A stretch of 64,000 nucleotides of DNA from a virus (Duplodnaviria > Caudoviricetes). How positions within the stretch are numbered: position 1 is the first letter of the stretch; each line of letters starts with the position of its first letter. Positions 19,641-30,232 of the stretch are shown one piece after another. Under the pieces are notes generated by a model. That model saw only the letters and a list, made by a program, of their open reading frames with translations. It was not told the DNA's origin and made no database searches. A program made the translations under genes and the position numbers. The DNA is taken from IMG/VR virus record IMGVR_UViG_3300028569_001484, positions 1 to 64,000 of that record; one strand, written 5' to 3'.

Positions 19641-20198
19641 TTAATTGTTGGATTTTATAACTCCTGTTTTTTCATCATTGTCCAAAATAAAAGCTGGTCT
19701 ACCCACTTTTTCAGATACCTTTTTGATCAATTCCATTTCAGCTTGTCTGTTTAAATCGTGAAATACCATATGAGCGTTGGTATTAAATAAATTTAAATGC
19801 GTATAAAATCCGCCTCTACCATAGTTTCCATTTGGTCCATCTACAATGATTAGATCGTATTTGGGTACCAATTTTAATACACTAGATAGTTTATCTGGAT
19901 CATACCAAGCAACTTGTTTTTCATAAAATGGAAGACACGATATATCTTGTGGCGTTTTAAAATCACTATCATTATATTGTTTCAATGGCACGTGGTATGC
20001 ATTGGGATGATTTAACCAATTCATATTATGTTCAATTGAGTATACGTTATACCAATTTAATAACAATTTAGTAGTAACTCCACATCCAAATTCTAAAATG
20101 GAAGATCCTTCTGGTAATAAAAATCTTATTAAATCTACTGCTTGTTCTCCAATCGATCCCTTGATTAACGTTGGATATTTTTGACTAATTGACACCAT
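19641..20198 (-). CDS. putative SAM-dependent methyltransferase
   Basis: ILEFGCG, SIEH, YDLIIVDGP, VFHDLNR; likely start MVSISQ. Confidence 0.7.
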   Translation of the reverse strand: MVSISQKYPTLIKGSIGEQAVDLIRFLLPEGSSILEFGCGVTTKLLLNWYNVYSIEHNMNWLNHPNAYHVPLKQYNDSDFKTPQDISCLPFYEKQVAWYDPDKLSSVLKLVPKYDLIIVDGPNGNYGRGGFYTHLNLFNTNAHMVFHDLNRQAEMELIKKVSEKVGRPAFILDNDEKTGVIKSNN

Positions 20199-20937
20199 AT
20201 AGTTTGTTAAATGTTTTTTCCATCCAATACATTGTTTTGGAATTGTCGCCGTTGTTTGGTATAGCATTAAAATGAAATATATAACCCATATCTAAGTATG
20301 GCATATTCTCATTTAGAGCTTCTCTACGATGTAAATCTTGCATATTATATTCATATGGCAAGAATTTCATATCGACATTTTCCATCTGACACATAAAATT
20401 TAGTACTGGTTGATCTGTGCCTGTGAAAAAAGTTTCTTGCATTTTTACTAAACTGTCTTTGTTTGCAAAATAAAAGTCTTTGACTTTATTAAAAAACTCT
20501 TTGTGGTTTTTATTTAAAATTAATACTCCAGAATTGTAGTATTTTGTTACATCAAAGTTATAATCGTTGAATATGTACTTTTTGTAATTTTCCACACTTC
20601 TAAACAACCAGTCGTAAGACCCTATATTATTGACTACGCAAAATTTATCTTCTGCTATATCAAAGAAATTTGGAGAGTTTGGATGAACAATTGTATCCGC
20701 ATCTACAATTAGAATTTTATCTACGTCGATGTTTGATTGTTCCAATAAATCAAAAATAAATACTTTGTGCCAATTTGGACGTAAGTCATCATAAGGAAGA
20801 ATGGGTTCTTCCAATACAACCAATTTAGCGTTGTGTTTATCGCAATACCGTTTCCAAGATTCAATTCCAAATTTGTAAGGAACTGTTCTACCTGGTTTTC
20901 TATCAGTTGCAATATTGATAATATAAACTACGTTCAT
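20185..20937 (-). CDS. glycosyltransferase (GT8-like)
   Basis: VDADT, YYNSGVLIL, DQPVLN, IFHF. Confidence 0.8.
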   Translation of the reverse strand: MNVVYIINIATDRKPGRTVPYKFGIESWKRYCDKHNAKLVVLEEPILPYDDLRPNWHKVFIFDLLEQSNIDVDKILIVDADTIVHPNSPNFFDIAEDKFCVVNNIGSYDWLFRSVENYKKYIFNDYNFDVTKYYNSGVLILNKNHKEFFNKVKDFYFANKDSLVKMQETFFTGTDQPVLNFMCQMENVDMKFLPYEYNMQDLHRREALNENMPYLDMGYIFHFNAIPNNGDNSKTMYWMEKTFNKLYGVN

Positions 20938-21692
20938 TTGTAAAATTGTTTTGTCTGATTCCAGATTTGATTAATTAACCCATTACGTTCTTCGATACTA
21001 CATCCTGTAAAATGCCATATATGGGAATACTTGATGAAAAAAGGAGTGTTATTTTCATTTAATTGCCAATTATGTTGTAACCAATCATTTTTGATTAGAC
21101 GCATAGTGTTAAATCTAAAATCTAGATATTTCTTATTTACATTTAATTTGTTAAGCATCAGGTTTAAAACAGTTTGATCTCTTCCTGTATTTGGTACACT
21201 CCAATTGTCTAAAGACTGTTTGTTATTTTTGTAAAACTTTAAAACTTCCTCAAACACATATCTGTGATTCTTTGTGAAGAATAAAACACCACTGTTAATA
21301 TATTGACACAATGATATTGGAACGTTCAATTCATTGAATGAGTGTCTGTAAGCGGTGATGCTGTTTGTTATCCAGTTAATAGATTCATTATCTATCACGC
21401 CGCAAAATTCATCTGTGTATTGGTCGAAGAAGTTTGGAGCTGACCAGTTAGGCATTGTATCAAAATCCATCATACCAATCTTTTCATAACCATCTACATA
21501 ATCAAATACGCAGTGTTTGTTCCATTTTGGATGTGGGATATTATCTGTCAATTTATCTACAAATATAAAGTCGATATTATATTTGCGACAGTATGATTCC
21601 CAAGCTTGTTTGGTTACATTATAATAGTCACTGTGATTAAACTTGGATTTACCATCGTCGATAGCAAATATAATAATACAATTTTTATTCAT
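20934..21692 (-). CDS. glycosyltransferase (GT8-like), tandem paralog
   Basis: MDFDT, YINSGVLF, DQTVLN, IWHF. Confidence 0.8.
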   Translation of the reverse strand: MNKNCIIIFAIDDGKSKFNHSDYYNVTKQAWESYCRKYNIDFIFVDKLTDNIPHPKWNKHCVFDYVDGYEKIGMMDFDTMPNWSAPNFFDQYTDEFCGVIDNESINWITNSITAYRHSFNELNVPISLCQYINSGVLFFTKNHRYVFEEVLKFYKNNKQSLDNWSVPNTGRDQTVLNLMLNKLNVNKKYLDFRFNTMRLIKNDWLQHNWQLNENNTPFFIKYSHIWHFTGCSIEERNGLINQIWNQTKQFYK

Positions 21693-22488
21693 TCAATTTC
21701 AACATTTTCTCATTGCTTTCAATTGCTGATTTTAGTATAGACAGATCCATACCAACTTTGTCTCCCAATTTTGCAAGAGCTTTAGTATCTTTTGGAAAAC
21801 ATTTTCCGCCAAATCCACGTTCGCCTGTGAATACAGCTGTATGAGATTTTGTTGTACGAGGGTCCAATAACCACAAGTCTCTAACTTCGTAATAATTTGT
21901 ACCGAGTTTTTCACATAGATCGTACATTTCATTACAAAAAGCAACTTTCAATGCTAAATGAGTATTTACCATATACTTTGCCAATTCCGCGTTTATTGGA
22001 TCGGTGACTCTATAGGTTTTGCTTGGACCCGTAATCGGCGTATAAATTTCAATGATTTTATAACAAAGTTCTTTTTTACCACCAAAAATAAAGAAAGGTG
22101 TTTGTTTAACATCATTTGTGAAAGATTCAGGAGTCCAGTGTTTGGATTCACCTGCAAATTCAGGACTAAATACAATATTCTTTTTAAATTTCTCAATTAA
22201 TCTATCAGTGGTACCAACTTCAACGGTTGATTTTAAAAGAATCAGAGGAGTTTGAATCCAACTTATACTTTCTTCAACGATAGTGGTATTGCAACTACCA
22301 TCCTCATTTTCTGGGGTAGGAACGCAAACTACTGCTAAATCGCAGTTATTAATGTCATCTTTGGTATTTGATAATTCATACGCAGGATCATATATAAAAA
22401 CATCATAGTGGTTCTTAAAAAAATTGTAGAATGCTTTACCTACATATCCATTACCAACAATTCCAATCTTAGTTTTTAATTTTCTCAT
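21685..22488 (-). CDS. UDP-glucose/GDP-mannose dehydrogenase family (short, no C-terminal domain)
   Basis: GNGYVG, CVPTP, KSTV, SPEF, AELAKY-x-x-N, GFGGKCFPKD. Confidence 0.85.
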   Translation of the reverse strand: MRKLKTKIGIVGNGYVGKAFYNFFKNHYDVFIYDPAYELSNTKDDINNCDLAVVCVPTPENEDGSCNTTIVEESISWIQTPLILLKSTVEVGTTDRLIEKFKKNIVFSPEFAGESKHWTPESFTNDVKQTPFFIFGGKKELCYKIIEIYTPITGPSKTYRVTDPINAELAKYMVNTHLALKVAFCNEMYDLCEKLGTNYYEVRDLWLLDPRTTKSHTAVFTGERGFGGKCFPKDTKALAKLGDKVGMDLSILKSAIESNEKMLKLNE

Positions 22489-23425
22489 AAATTGTATTCC
22501 AATTACTCAACCATTTTTCTTCTGTATAATATATTTGATATAAATCCCTAGATGATGTTGAACAGTGATTATAAAAAGATTTATCGTCTCGTAATTTGAT
22601 TGATAATTCGTTTGCTTTTTCAACATCGCCTATATTAACGCTTAATTCAGGATGTAAGGTTTCCTGTGTATCTAATCCTTTATATCCAATGCAAGGTATA
22701 CCCAGATAAGCACAGTTGAGAGCGAATGTACCGGCGGCGTGTGTACGCATTAAGTGTATGCCCACATTAAAATTGGCCAGTGTTTTAATCCACTCATTCC
22801 ACATCATATATGGTAGATGATGTAAGCTTGGAAACTGTTCTTCGTTTTCTATTTTACGACCCATACTTGGAATAAAGATAGGTTTATTAAAGTTTTGTGC
22901 TACAAAATAACTATCTACGCCTCCATACCAACTACAAAAGTTACCGCCTATAATAGGCATACCATTATTTTCACGGGGTATATTTTTAACAACATCTTCT
23001 ATCATCAACGATTGAAGATTAAAAGTAGGTTTCTTGAATATGCCTTTGAAATATGAAATATCACTCTTGTTATGAGTTAATAGAAAGTCCATCGAACTTA
23101 GGAAATTAATATAATTAACTTGATTTGCATAATTATAATCTTGATAATACCAGGCTGGACCTTCTTGCATTACTGTTACTTTTTTACCAATAGATTTGAC
23201 CACATCTAACAATCGAACAGTATCAAAGTTTTCTAACTTTTTTGGCAATATTACTATAACCAAATTATGTCGTGGTATACCAATTGACGATTTACTTAAA
23301 ACGTAGTCTATTGGATAATGATTGGCATTAAGTGCAATTTGCCAACTAAATTCCGTTCTGCAATTTACAAAGTTTCGTGGTATTTTACCGATGTGTCCGT
23401 TTTGACTGATAAAACAAATATTCAT
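22469..23425 (-). CDS. putative GT-B glycosyltransferase
   Basis: AAGTFALNCAYLGIPCIG C-terminal GT-B motif. Confidence 0.6.
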   Translation of the reverse strand: MNICFISQNGHIGKIPRNFVNCRTEFSWQIALNANHYPIDYVLSKSSIGIPRHNLVIVILPKKLENFDTVRLLDVVKSIGKKVTVMQEGPAWYYQDYNYANQVNYINFLSSMDFLLTHNKSDISYFKGIFKKPTFNLQSLMIEDVVKNIPRENNGMPIIGGNFCSWYGGVDSYFVAQNFNKPIFIPSMGRKIENEEQFPSLHHLPYMMWNEWIKTLANFNVGIHLMRTHAAGTFALNCAYLGIPCIGYKGLDTQETLHPELSVNIGDVEKANELSIKLRDDKSFYNHCSTSSRDLYQIYYTEEKWLSNWNTIYEKIKN

Positions 23426-24408
23426 ATATTCTTCTTAAAGTCTTCGTATGTATAAAACTTGCCGGTATTATTAAAAAGTATATTTAGATTGTGTTGTGAC
23501 ATTTGCTTGAAAACTTGCCACCAATCTCCCTTTTCTTTTCCACAAAATCCTCTGGGGTTATTTTCATTTGCAATATACATACGTTTATTTGGATGTCTAC
23601 GAGCGTGAACTTTCAATACGTTTTTAAATACTATTTGTAAATAATTAGTTCCTAGTATTTTTTGTGCCATCATTGATAAACTTTCATCGTCATTATGGAT
23701 AAAGCAATTTGGTATATTAACACCACTTTTAATTAAATCTGAGGTTAGTACTAAACAAGAACCATCTATTTTTGGATAATTAATAGTTTGTACATCAATC
23801 TCTTTTATTTCTGAATTAATCAGATTCATTTGTTCAATAGACATACAAGATTTGGCCTGATTGATGTTATCAACGTCTTTATCATCGTATTTATGATTTA
23901 TAAACTTAGGATGTACAGTAACATCCCAACTATCATCCCATAGTTTTCTATCAGCGAAACTAGCTATAAACCTATATAGTCCTTGTTTTCTAACCACAGG
24001 TGTTAGTTGTTCCAAGGACATAATAGCCTCTTTTGGAAACAAACTATCAGTTTCTCCCCATATTAAATAATCTACTTTTTCGCAATATTTTGTATTAAAT
24101 TCTCTACGGTAATTTGTTTGGGTATAAAATTCATTATCATTATCTATGATTTTATAATGTAAATTAGGCAGTTGTTTTAGTTTAGACAGTTCAATTTCAA
24201 ATCTATCCGTAAGATCGTCTTTGGAGGTTTTTAAAGTATCTATTTGTTCAAAAAATTGCGATGTATTAAAAGAAAAATCTAAATAAATGTTTTCTTTGTT
24301 ATCTACAGTCGATAACAAATTTAATAAACCATCGACGTATGTTGATAACATTTCTATTTCATAAAACATTACGTGTACACCAATAGCATATTTATTTTGA
24401 ATTATCAT
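23422..24408 (-). CDS. putative GT-A glycosyltransferase
   Basis: WGETDS DxD-like site, HNDDES; operon context. Confidence 0.5.
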   Translation of the reverse strand: MIIQNKYAIGVHVMFYEIEMLSTYVDGLLNLLSTVDNKENIYLDFSFNTSQFFEQIDTLKTSKDDLTDRFEIELSKLKQLPNLHYKIIDNDNEFYTQTNYRREFNTKYCEKVDYLIWGETDSLFPKEAIMSLEQLTPVVRKQGLYRFIASFADRKLWDDSWDVTVHPKFINHKYDDKDVDNINQAKSCMSIEQMNLINSEIKEIDVQTINYPKIDGSCLVLTSDLIKSGVNIPNCFIHNDDESLSMMAQKILGTNYLQIVFKNVLKVHARRHPNKRMYIANENNPRGFCGKEKGDWWQVFKQMSQHNLNILFNNTGKFYTYEDFKKNI

Positions 24409-24409
24409 A

Positions 24410-25027
24410 TTATTTTTTTCGTAAAACGATCAGTGATCCTGGCCACCCTTCGTCAATACATTCTTCTATTACGTTATAATAGTCTAGTACGGTTTTATAT
24501 CTGGTTCGTTCCTTAAAGTCGTGTATATATACAATACCATCTTCTGTTAGATAGTCAAGTGCTTTATAAGCGCAAAAAACTCTTGCTCTTCCATCTACTA
24601 ATACTTTATTAAATTTTTTATTGTATTGTGATATACCATTAATATAATTTACGTAACAATGCCAGTCATCCCCCCCACGTGTTTGAGAATAATATATTCC
24701 ATCTTGAACACTGACATTATTAGATAATTTTAATAAGTTCTGAGCTTCTTTATCCAAATGTTCATCTAATATTATTTGGTGGTTTGAAATATGATCATAG
24801 TTTACATTTTTAATGTTTCTATCACTCAATTTACTTTTTACTTGATTATACCATTTTAAATCGTGTTCTACCGAATGATATGTATTTACATATTTGCAAA
24901 AGTTATAAGTGCTTCCACCGGATCCCCATTCAAATACTGAGTCTGAAGGATTCAAATATTTAATAAAGCAATCTACTTGAGTTGCACTCATCATTATTTC
25001 TGGATGTTGATTTTTAAATAAACTCAT
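24410..25027 (-). CDS. putative SAM-dependent methyltransferase
   Basis: FEWGSGGST, SVEHD, VLVDGRAR, YIHD. Confidence 0.75.
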   Translation of the reverse strand: MSLFKNQHPEIMMSATQVDCFIKYLNPSDSVFEWGSGGSTYNFCKYVNTYHSVEHDLKWYNQVKSKLSDRNIKNVNYDHISNHQIILDEHLDKEAQNLLKLSNNVSVQDGIYYSQTRGGDDWHCYVNYINGISQYNKKFNKVLVDGRARVFCAYKALDYLTEDGIVYIHDFKERTRYKTVLDYYNVIEECIDEGWPGSLIVLRKK

Positions 25028-25028
25028 A

Positions 25029-26039
25029 TTAATTAATAATATTTTTAACTACGTGTTGTGCAATATATTCTGGATTTGCCATTTCATCAAATGTTTTTCT
25101 CTGATTTGAAATCATATAATCTGATAAATCTGCGTAATTAGTTAAATTAGATTCAATGATTTGATGTATATCTGAAAAATCATTATTGCAGTGAAAACAC
25201 GATGTATCTTTGTTGTAAATATAAGGTCCGGTTTTAATAGTTGGTATAGATGGCTTTATTATAACCGTGCCAGTTAATAGACATTCTACTTCTCTTATGT
25301 TAACTTCGCCATATCCAAATGGCGATATACAAAATTTACTATCTTCTAATACTTTAAAATATTCTTCTTTACTCAATTTCCCAGTTTTTTCAGTAGTAAT
25401 TACGTTGCATTTGAGCTTATTTACTTCTTCAAACAACTTTAATCTGGATTGATTGTAATATCCATCGGTACGAACTCCGTGTTCTGAATTTTCTTTTGAT
25501 AATCCTATTAATACTGATACGTCATACTTTTTGTCTTTTTTAATAGGATTCCAATTGAAACCAACACCGTATGTATTTAACCAATTCGTTCCACTACTTA
25601 CCAATTTATCATTAAGCAACAACAAATCTTCTTGGTTTAGTTTGTAACCGTTTTCATCATTGCCCCAAAACCATCTGCCGTTTGGGTATGGATTTAAGTA
25701 ATTTTCTTTGTTTTTATGAATTACATTCTTTGCCAATTTTAACCCTGGGCATTCTTTAAATACTTCCCAAACTCCAATTAATGTGGATGAATCTTGACCA
25801 TCAAATAAAACATAAGGCTTATCAAGATTACTAACAAAATTAATGCCATTCTCGACGGATTTGGATAAAGGAAGTTTTTTATCTATAATTGATGCTTGAC
25901 CGACGAAGTATATATCAGCTTTACTTGCATCCTCAACAAATTCTACACCATACTCACGAAACGCATTAGACGAATAGAGATATGGTCGAAATGTTGTTTC
26001 GTTACGATGTTTGTCTAGTTCTAATATTTTAATTTTCAT
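25029..26039 (-). CDS. putative glycosyltransferase (GT-B/exostosin-like C-terminus)
   Basis: SKFCISPFGYGE...RE-x-E. Confidence 0.65.
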   Translation of the reverse strand: MKIKILELDKHRNETTFRPYLYSSNAFREYGVEFVEDASKADIYFVGQASIIDKKLPLSKSVENGINFVSNLDKPYVLFDGQDSSTLIGVWEVFKECPGLKLAKNVIHKNKENYLNPYPNGRWFWGNDENGYKLNQEDLLLLNDKLVSSGTNWLNTYGVGFNWNPIKKDKKYDVSVLIGLSKENSEHGVRTDGYYNQSRLKLFEEVNKLKCNVITTEKTGKLSKEEYFKVLEDSKFCISPFGYGEVNIREVECLLTGTVIIKPSIPTIKTGPYIYNKDTSCFHCNNDFSDIHQIIESNLTNYADLSDYMISNQRKTFDEMANPEYIAQHVVKNIIN

Positions 26040-26722
26040 TTCTTTTCAATTAGTACTTGCCATCCTTTACTCAACAAATTAATTTTGTTTTCGTAACATT
26101 TTAGAAAGGACTCAATTCCAAATCTGCAATTTCCCCATCCATAATCATCAAATAATATTCTTCCGCCTGGTTTTAACAAATCAAAACATAATGCAGATTC
26201 ATACATCACGTGATCTGGTTCGTGACAGCCGTCTAAGTATATAAAATCAAATATATTTTCGTATGCATCATTTGCGACAAATTTAGAGTTCAATTTGTTT
26301 CCCAACATCTTTTTAAAAAATAACTTTGAATCAATTTCATAAAATTCACATTTATTTTGTTCGACGTATGGTTCTAGATTTTTATCAACATATAGTGTTA
26401 ATTCATCTCCAAAATCAAACGGTAGATCTCCTTTTTTATAAGATCTTTGATTTAAAATATCTATTGTTATAATCTTTGAAGATTGGTTTGTTAATATATT
26501 TTCCAATAACCAAACAGATGATCTGCCGTGACCTGTTCCAACTTCCAAAAACAAAAGATCTGGCGCATTTTCAAATTTACTTAAATATGTTGACCAATTT
26601 TGAATGTTTAAGGTAAAATCATCTTTTGGAGAGAAAAAATGAGGTGGATATGTGTAAACATCGGATTTTGTAAAATCGCCATACTTTTGTCTTAATTCTC
26701 TGTTATTCATTTTTGTATGCAT
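26036..26722 (-). CDS. class I SAM methyltransferase (Methyltransf_24-like)
   Basis: LEVGTGHGRS, FDFIYLDGCH, LKPGG...FDDY. Confidence 0.85.
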   Translation of the reverse strand: MHTKMNNRELRQKYGDFTKSDVYTYPPHFFSPKDDFTLNIQNWSTYLSKFENAPDLLFLEVGTGHGRSSVWLLENILTNQSSKIITIDILNQRSYKKGDLPFDFGDELTLYVDKNLEPYVEQNKCEFYEIDSKLFFKKMLGNKLNSKFVANDAYENIFDFIYLDGCHEPDHVMYESALCFDLLKPGGRILFDDYGWGNCRFGIESFLKCYENKINLLSKGWQVLIEKK

Positions 26723-27273
26723 ATATAACCTTCGTAATCGTATAATGGTCTGGTAAATTTCTCATTCGGTCCATATCCAATTGGTTTTACTATTTCAATA
26801 TAATCATTTTTTATTAAATCATCCATAGCCTGTTTCAATTCTGGAAATACGCCAATATCATCATATATGAAGTATTTTTTCAATTCATTTGTTGATCTGA
26901 ATTTTAATGATCGAATAGTATCATCTATAACCGCAAAATACGTGTGTTGAGCGTCTATAAAAAATACATCACCATAATCTAATGGCAAAGGTGTGTTATA
27001 CACATCTTGTGCGTAGTATCTTACGTTGGGTCGATCTTTGTTAAATTCTTTCGCCATTTCTACGTTATCGTAATTAAATCCAACCACTTCTTTAAACAGA
27101 TAACTTAATATGCGTGTAGAATGACCTCTATTACTACCTATTTCCAAACAAACACTTTGTTTGAATTCAGGCTTGTTGAAAAACTCAAACACATCACGTT
27201 TAAATTTATGACTTGTAGTAGTGCTATGTTCAAATTTATCTGGTATATTTTTTAAAAGTTCGTCGATAGTCAT
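26707..27273 (-). CDS. class I SAM methyltransferase
   Basis: LEIGSNRGHST, FFIDAQH, IYDD. Confidence 0.75.
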   Translation of the reverse strand: MTIDELLKNIPDKFEHSTTTSHKFKRDVFEFFNKPEFKQSVCLEIGSNRGHSTRILSYLFKEVVGFNYDNVEMAKEFNKDRPNVRYYAQDVYNTPLPLDYGDVFFIDAQHTYFAVIDDTIRSLKFRSTNELKKYFIYDDIGVFPELKQAMDDLIKNDYIEIVKPIGYGPNEKFTRPLYDYEGYICIQK

Positions 27274-27274
27274 A

Positions 27275-27538
27275 TTATTTCACAGCATAACCTTTGTTTT
27301 CATTAAGGCTAAAGTTTTTGTTGTACTTCATATTTGTTTCTCTTTGTTTTTCAATTGTTTTGTTATGAATCAAAGCAATGTCTTTTTGAGGAGGTATAAA
27401 GGCATAAGACTTATATCCCTCAACCTTTTCGTGTAATCTACGTTCGTATCTAATATGAGGAAGATTTTTATAAAGACGGGATTGGTAATCCGGTGCATTA
27501 ATCAAAGGTGGATTGTATTTAATTTTAACGATGGCCAT
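27275..27538 (-). CDS. GT2 glycosyltransferase, C-terminal fragment of split gene
   Basis: PDYQSRLYKN...LHEKVEG is the C-terminal half of the GT2 at 28371-28886. Confidence 0.75.
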   Translation of the reverse strand: MAIVKIKYNPPLINAPDYQSRLYKNLPHIRYERRLHEKVEGYKSYAFIPPQKDIALIHNKTIEKQRETNMKYNKNFSLNENKGYAVK

Positions 27539-28325
27539 AATATTTTTCTAATAAAAATTCTTTTGTGATCGAACTTTTTGTATTTTTTTTACTATTCTGA
27601 TTCGAAGGAATAAATTCAAGATTGTTAATAGAACCTATTATTTCCGGATTTATACCATCAGTAAACCCTTGTTTAATACTAAACTTGTGATCCAAACTAT
27701 ACGAACCGGATATTTCTATTCGAGCACGTTTATTGTAATTTTCTAATTTTGTTAAATCATTTTGATTTGTATAATACCATACCAATTGTTTATATTGTTC
27801 CCATTCTGATTTTTGAGACAACGGAGTGAAGTATCCAAGATCTTCCATAGTTTGTCTCCATTGGTCAACACATCTATTTTCCGAAACAGACTTCGTAATT
27901 TTGTCTCTGTATTCTTCGTTTTTCCAAAACAATTCACTATGTTTTCCTATGATTCGTTTAGTATTTTCATCGTGCTTAAATCCGGTGTGATTTTTTGCAT
28001 TATTGTTTATAATTTGACTTGTATGTTTTGTTAATCCTTTGTTCCAAGGTGGATTATTTTTTCTATACTCTATCATTCTTTTAGAATGTAATTCTCCTGT
28101 TTTTTTCAAAGAATCATTATTTTCTTTTGTCAAACCTAAATTCCAACATCCACATTTTGAACATTTTCGGTTTTCTCTGAGACAACATCTAGCTGATGTG
28201 ACATTTTTATGAAAAACATCGTTTAAACATTGTGGACATTTTCTAATCCAAATAGATTTTCCATCATTATTTTTAATTTCTCGTATTGAAGAATAATCAA
28301 ATTTGGTCGTGCCTATGGGTCTCAT
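27525..28325 (-). mobile_element. HNH homing-type endonuclease with NUMOD-like repeats, inserted inside a GT2 gene
   Basis: WIRKCPQC zinc ribbon, PWNKGLTK, LDHKFSI...NLEFIP...NSKK. Confidence 0.8.
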
Positions 28326-28370
28326 ATTATTATATAATCGGGATTGATATGGAATGTATATTAATATATA

Positions 28371-28886
28371 TTAATTAATTTTATATTCTTCTAATATTAA
28401 TCCTTTATTTTTTAAGAATTTATATTCGTCGGACGTATCATCAATTAATTTTTCGTGTATTAAATCTTTAAATGTATTACAATTCCAACCCCACATATTA
28501 ATATCTTGATCGGTTACCCCTGTAAAGTAATTTAATCTTGGTAACCACAATGCTTCATTGTTTACGTTAGATTGTAACAATACATCTATATTTTCAAGAA
28601 GAACATCGGTTGGTAATTCATCCGCGTCGATTTGAAATATCCATTCACCTTTACATAAACCTATACCATAATTTTTATGAGCACCATAATCATTCTGTAA
28701 TTTCTTTTGTTGAAAATTAATGGATGATTTATACTTCTCAATTATAGAAATTGTAGTTGGGTTATCAGAGTAATCATCTAATAAAACAACTTCGTGGTTA
28801 TCTTTTTTAAAACTAATTAATTTAGACAACAATGTATCCAAACAATCAGTTTCATTATGTGTTGTGACTAGATATGATAAAAACAT
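28371..28886 (-). CDS. GT2 glycosyltransferase, N-terminal fragment of split gene
   Basis: LSYLVTTHNE, LDDYS, KNYG, WIFQIDADE, LPRLN. Confidence 0.8.
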   Translation of the reverse strand: MFLSYLVTTHNETDCLDTLLSKLISFKKDNHEVVLLDDYSDNPTTISIIEKYKSSINFQQKKLQNDYGAHKNYGIGLCKGEWIFQIDADELPTDVLLENIDVLLQSNVNNEALWLPRLNYFTGVTDQDINMWGWNCNTFKDLIHEKLIDDTSDEYKFLKNKGLILEEYKIN

Positions 28887-28887
28887 A

Positions 28888-30231
28888 TTATAACATCTTT
28901 AGTTTTGGCAGAACAATCTTTTGTTCTTCTTTGTTTTCTGTTGGATTAAGTGATTTTAATTTGGGTAGTACAAATGAATTCTCCGTAGCAAACTTTGGTA
29001 CATACTTATCAAGTATACCCCATAACTTTTGATCCATTGCTTGTAAACTGAATTTTTCTTCGTTTTCTTTACGAAGTGATTCAGCTGGTTTAGTAAACTT
29101 ATCACTCTTACGAGCAAAATACAATTGTTTAAACTTATCTTCTGCTAAAGAATAAGAAACTTTAAACCACTTACTTTCTTTTAGAATCCATTGGTTAACA
29201 GACTTAGGATCTACATCTACTAGTGTACCTGGCAATAAATTAGCATATTTCTCATTTAGATAATCCAATTGACCACTCCAATTTGGAGCTAGTAGTGGTT
29301 TTCCACTTAATGTAGATAGTAACATTGGATGACCAAATCCTTCACCGTGAGTAAATGATACGTGCGCTAAAATCTTTTCGTGATTCAACAATGCGTTCAT
29401 TTCCACATCGCTTAGTTCACCGTGCAATAGATATACGTTTGGACAATTGTCCCCAAATGTACTTCTAATTTTTTTGATCTTGTCCAACATATCAAAACGA
29501 TCAACTGTGCTATATCCACTGCCGCTTGTTTTTACAATTAAACAAGGTCTGTCATTTGGATTGTTATTCTTGAACGCTGTACAGAATGTTTTGATTAGAT
29601 TGCCAATGTCTTTGCGATCATTGTATAATCCACCGTGGGTCCACTGACCAACAAATAGAAATGCATTTTTTTCTGGAATCTTACTGAGAGACTCATCAAC
29701 TGTTTCTAATGATTGATCTGTTTTTTTATAAACATTAGTATCTACACCCCAGAAACAAACTTCGATTGGTTTATTTATTTGAATTGGTTCTTTTTGACCA
29801 TTTTCGTGTTGCTTAACCATCTTGGTATCCACAAATACCTTTTTAACGTGTTCTGACAGACCAATTGTAAGATCCATTCTATTGATACCTTCGATCCAAC
29901 TTCCAGGTGAAATTGTTGTTTCAATACCAGCTGTCATACCAATATTGTACTTTCCAACTTGTTGGAATTCTTCGGGGATGGTCAATTGAATAAATAATTC
30001 TGGTTGCTTATTCAAGTTTCCTTGTAGAATACAATTAGCTACCAACTTATCTTCTGGATCTGTTAGATCTTCCAAGAATCGTTTGCTTGGACACGCTCCC
30101 CATCTAGTGGGTGCGATTTTAACATCGTATTTGTTCTGACGAATTAAGCTCTTGGCTACTGTTGTAGCCCAATCGCCATATCCACTTCGATTAAATACTG
30201 GACCTGAAATTAAACATAATGGTTTGCTCAT
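28888..30231 (-). CDS. glycosyltransferase family 4-like
   Basis: RSGYG, FLFVGQW, RKDIG, THGEGFGHP. Confidence 0.85.
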   Translation of the reverse strand: MSKPLCLISGPVFNRSGYGDWATTVAKSLIRQNKYDVKIAPTRWGACPSKRFLEDLTDPEDKLVANCILQGNLNKQPELFIQLTIPEEFQQVGKYNIGMTAGIETTISPGSWIEGINRMDLTIGLSEHVKKVFVDTKMVKQHENGQKEPIQINKPIEVCFWGVDTNVYKKTDQSLETVDESLSKIPEKNAFLFVGQWTHGGLYNDRKDIGNLIKTFCTAFKNNNPNDRPCLIVKTSGSGYSTVDRFDMLDKIKKIRSTFGDNCPNVYLLHGELSDVEMNALLNHEKILAHVSFTHGEGFGHPMLLSTLSGKPLLAPNWSGQLDYLNEKYANLLPGTLVDVDPKSVNQWILKESKWFKVSYSLAEDKFKQLYFARKSDKFTKPAESLRKENEEKFSLQAMDQKLWGILDKYVPKFATENSFVLPKLKSLNPTENKEEQKIVLPKLKML

Positions 30232-30232
30232 A

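Noticed and set aside
27275-28886. Split intein or group I intron explaining the split GT2
   Set aside because: The C-half has YN followed by Pro rather than Cys/Ser/Thr, there are no intein blocks, and there is too little noncoding sequence for a ribozyme core.
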